From Azolla caroliniana (taxonomy: Eukaryota > Plantae > Polypodiophyta), in NCBI GenBank assembly GCA_043228905.1, contig JBHGNT010000001.1, forward strand, positions 5,022,001 to 5,086,000: a DNA stretch of 64,000 bases. Reading direction: 5' to 3'. Both the position numbers and the translations under genes were made by a program. Below, piece after piece: positions 61,330 to 64,000 of this stretch. The notes under the pieces are model-generated. The model was not told the DNA's origin. It saw nothing but the letters and a program-made list of their open reading frames with translations, and did no database searches. Numbering within the stretch: the stretch's first letter is position 1; each line of letters starts with the position of its first letter.

Positions 61330-62745
61330 TTCGCCCCAACCATCTTCGCCCCAATCATTATCATCCCCATGCTTCACATGTACCACATTAGATTGGGCAT
61401 AAGTAGGATGTAATGCTTGGAAAAACAAATGAGATTGACATTGATTATCAATGATTCCTTCCCTGAGTTGTCGCATCTTAGCATAACGATAACTTTGGCA
61501 TTGCAACTGAGAAATAATAACATGCAATTGACTCTGAATATCCAAAAGCTCCTCATCTAATGGTGTATGTATCAATAATTCATTACACCTAGAGAGAACT
61601 TGTGAGAATTGTTGAATAAGACCTCTTCTTCATTGAGCATTGGTTACTCCATACATACGATGAATGATGTTAATGTTTCGTAATGTGATATCCCATGCTT
61701 TAACTCCTTTAACATTCACTTGTTGAGAAAAATTTACCAAAATTTGCTGCATGAGAGAATCAAAGTGAGGTTGAAGCAAAAGAGAAGAGTTAAAGCGTAG
61801 TGGAGGCTTTCCAAGTAAAGAGTTATACATGTCAATTGCATGATTACACACCTCCAAGAAAATAGGAAAGTTATCTGAAGTTCCAACATCTTGTAGAACG
61901 TTCATACGAAGTGATGTCGGTAAAAAAGAATCATCATGCATCACATACATTCTATCTAACCGACTCCATGTTTGTCTATGTTGAGCAAATTGGAAGGTAA
62001 AACCTGGATCATTCCCTTGCAACCATGTCCAAACATCCAACTTCAGAACCTCCATAGCCAACGAGTCCCAAGCAAGTTGCTCAGGATCATCCATGATTGA
62101 ATGTTCAGACGTGGATTGAAATGCATCAACACACATGTTAAAATCGCCCATAAGTAATCCTGGACATCCAATAGATAGGGTTTGAAGGAGTGAACCCCAT
62201 AATGCAATACGTTGAGTGGCTTGGCTAGGGGCATAAATCCCAACCACCCACACAACCTTGCCAAAAAAAGTGATTTCTAGAACCAAAAACCGACCATAAG
62301 GATCATTATGCACCACTTGAGGATAATACTTATCCCTCACGATTAATACCACACATGAATAATGATTATTAAGATGTCCTGCATAAAATGATGAATATCC
62401 ACGCAAATGCACTGTGGATCCTGCTAACTCATGACACTTATGCTCAACTGCACATACTACATCCCATTCTCTACTTAACAAAGTTTCCCATAGTATATAC
62501 TTCTTATGAGGAGAACATGCCCCTCTCACATTCCATGTTACCACTTTCATTCAATCAACAATGTTATGGGAGCACTTGCTCCTTTAGAGCAACCGATGTC
62601 ATGAAACTAGTCAAAGCATGCTCTGATGCTGCATATGGATTTTCATGCACCACATCCTTAGGTGAAGGGGTAATCCCTTATCCCTAGATTGTCATTGCCA
62701 AGGAACTTTTTGAGGGCCCTCCCTAGTTCCTGAATTACCTTGCCA
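61330..62745 (-). mobile_element. Second copy of the L1-like LINE (endonuclease ORF 61630-62550)
   Basis: 61561-62745 is nearly identical to 42048-43297; the APE domain reading frame is open here. Confidence 0.92.
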
Positions 62746-62985
62746 TGTGATGACAAGGCTCAAACCCATAACCTATGTGTCTAAGAAATTTTCGAACATT
62801 CTAGAACTTCTCGCAATATTCTAGAAAACCTTAGAATGCTCCACGACCCACTATATAATGACGCCCTCTCATTCTTGTTGAACCATTCTGCAAACTATTA
62901 GAACTGAGTCAAGATGGCAATTGTGGTTAGTACTAGAGGAGATGGCTTCATTGGAGAGATTGAGCACAACATTCACATGTGATGG

Positions 62986-64000
62986 TGTCGCGAAGTTTCG
63001 CGCGCATGTGTTACTTGGGCGGGACCACGGGGGTCTTGGACTAGGGAGTACTCAAGGGATAAATATTTATTTATTTATTTATTTAAAATCCTATAAATAT
63101 AAAGCACTCTTCGAACCCACTCTACGAATCCTCACTCTACGAATCCTCTCTACAAACTCTCTCTACAAACTCTCTCTACGAATCCTCACTCTGCGAACCC
63201 ACTTTACAAACTCTCTCTACAAACCCACTCTACGAATCCTCTCTTTGAACCCACTAAACGAACTCTCTCTACGAATCCTCTCTACAAATCCTCACTCTAC
63301 GAACCCACTCAACGAACTCTCTCTACGAACCCACTCTACAAATCCTCTCTTCGAACCCACTCTATGAACTCTGATATCGGCCAAAGAAATAAATACGTAT
63401 TCGATTCCAACGCTAGAGAACCCTTTATAATATAGGGTTTGACTACAATGGAAACTTCTAGTCAACCACAAGCTCAATCAAAAAATAAATATTAAATGCC
63501 CTTAGATACAAGAGCAAAACCGAACACGGCGAAGATGAACACACGAGCACCACCAAAAGGCCAACCCCAACGAACCATGACCACCCGAACGGCGAGCACA
63601 CGGGCTCGCAACGACGAATGGGGCTCGCAACGTCTAACCAACGAAGCTTGCGCTCACGAGCACTTCTAGTGCCAACGCGAAGAAGGCGAGCACGTGACGA
63701 TGAGGGGATGAAGGGGTATGAAGAGATGAAGAGAAGTGGTGAAGAAGAAGATGAAGAGCTCCGAAGGAAAAATTGCGATAGTCTCCTCCTCCCAAAACGT
63801 CCTCTTGAATAAGCCCCCTCGATCTCCTTTTATAGAAAAAAAAGAAAGGGGGGGTCGCCAATTTTGTCTTTAATGCAAAAAGGAATAAAATTCCTTAAAT
63901 CACGTTGCATTATAAGAGTAGATTTGAACCGTGCACCCCTAGTTAAAAATTAATGTGACTATCCACTAGCCCATTAACTCTCTCTTATATAATATATAAT
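62986..64000 (-). mobile_element. LTR family D copy 3 (runs off the window)
   Basis: Begins TGTCGCGA with the same flank as copy 2; nearly identical to 43983-45300 apart from deletions. Confidence 0.88.

Noticed and set aside
60780-62745. Twin-priming inversion of a single LINE
   Set aside because: The plus-strand piece is only distantly similar to the minus-strand family, so these are two separate fragments.

Overview
Land-plant nuclear DNA. A non-seed plant such as a fern or lycophyte is an inference from the transposon types present. The only host genes are a tandem cluster of family-1 UDP-glycosyltransferases (UGT85/group G-like): three apparently intact two-exon genes (695-2399, 10139-11806, 56083-57841) and the remnant of a deleted fourth copy (about 9066-9346). 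The 44 kb between UGT2 and UGT3 is a nest of retrotransposons, most of which I could bound by LTRs and target-site duplications (TSDs). Element A (12391-43552) is a Tf1/sushi/Tcn1-like Ty3 element. It hosts a gag-only, tRNA-Trp-primed element B, a very young chromovirus E with apparently identical LTRs, and an L1 LINE. B in turn hosts solo LTRs and a complete non-chromovirus Ty3 element C with an extra ORF. A Ty1/copia element G (45564-55270) hosts chromovirus F. There is also a hAT MITE, RTE-like LINEs, and a segmental duplication of about 42-45 kb at 61.5-64 kb. The most interesting signals are: self-priming and -1 frameshift signals in A; tRNA-like A/B boxes inside two LTR families; a covarying RNA structure plus a splice acceptor conserved in the leaders of E and F; an LTR family making 4-bp TSDs; and gene-conversion mosaicism among the UGTs. 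All alignments and counts were made by eye and no database searches were run.
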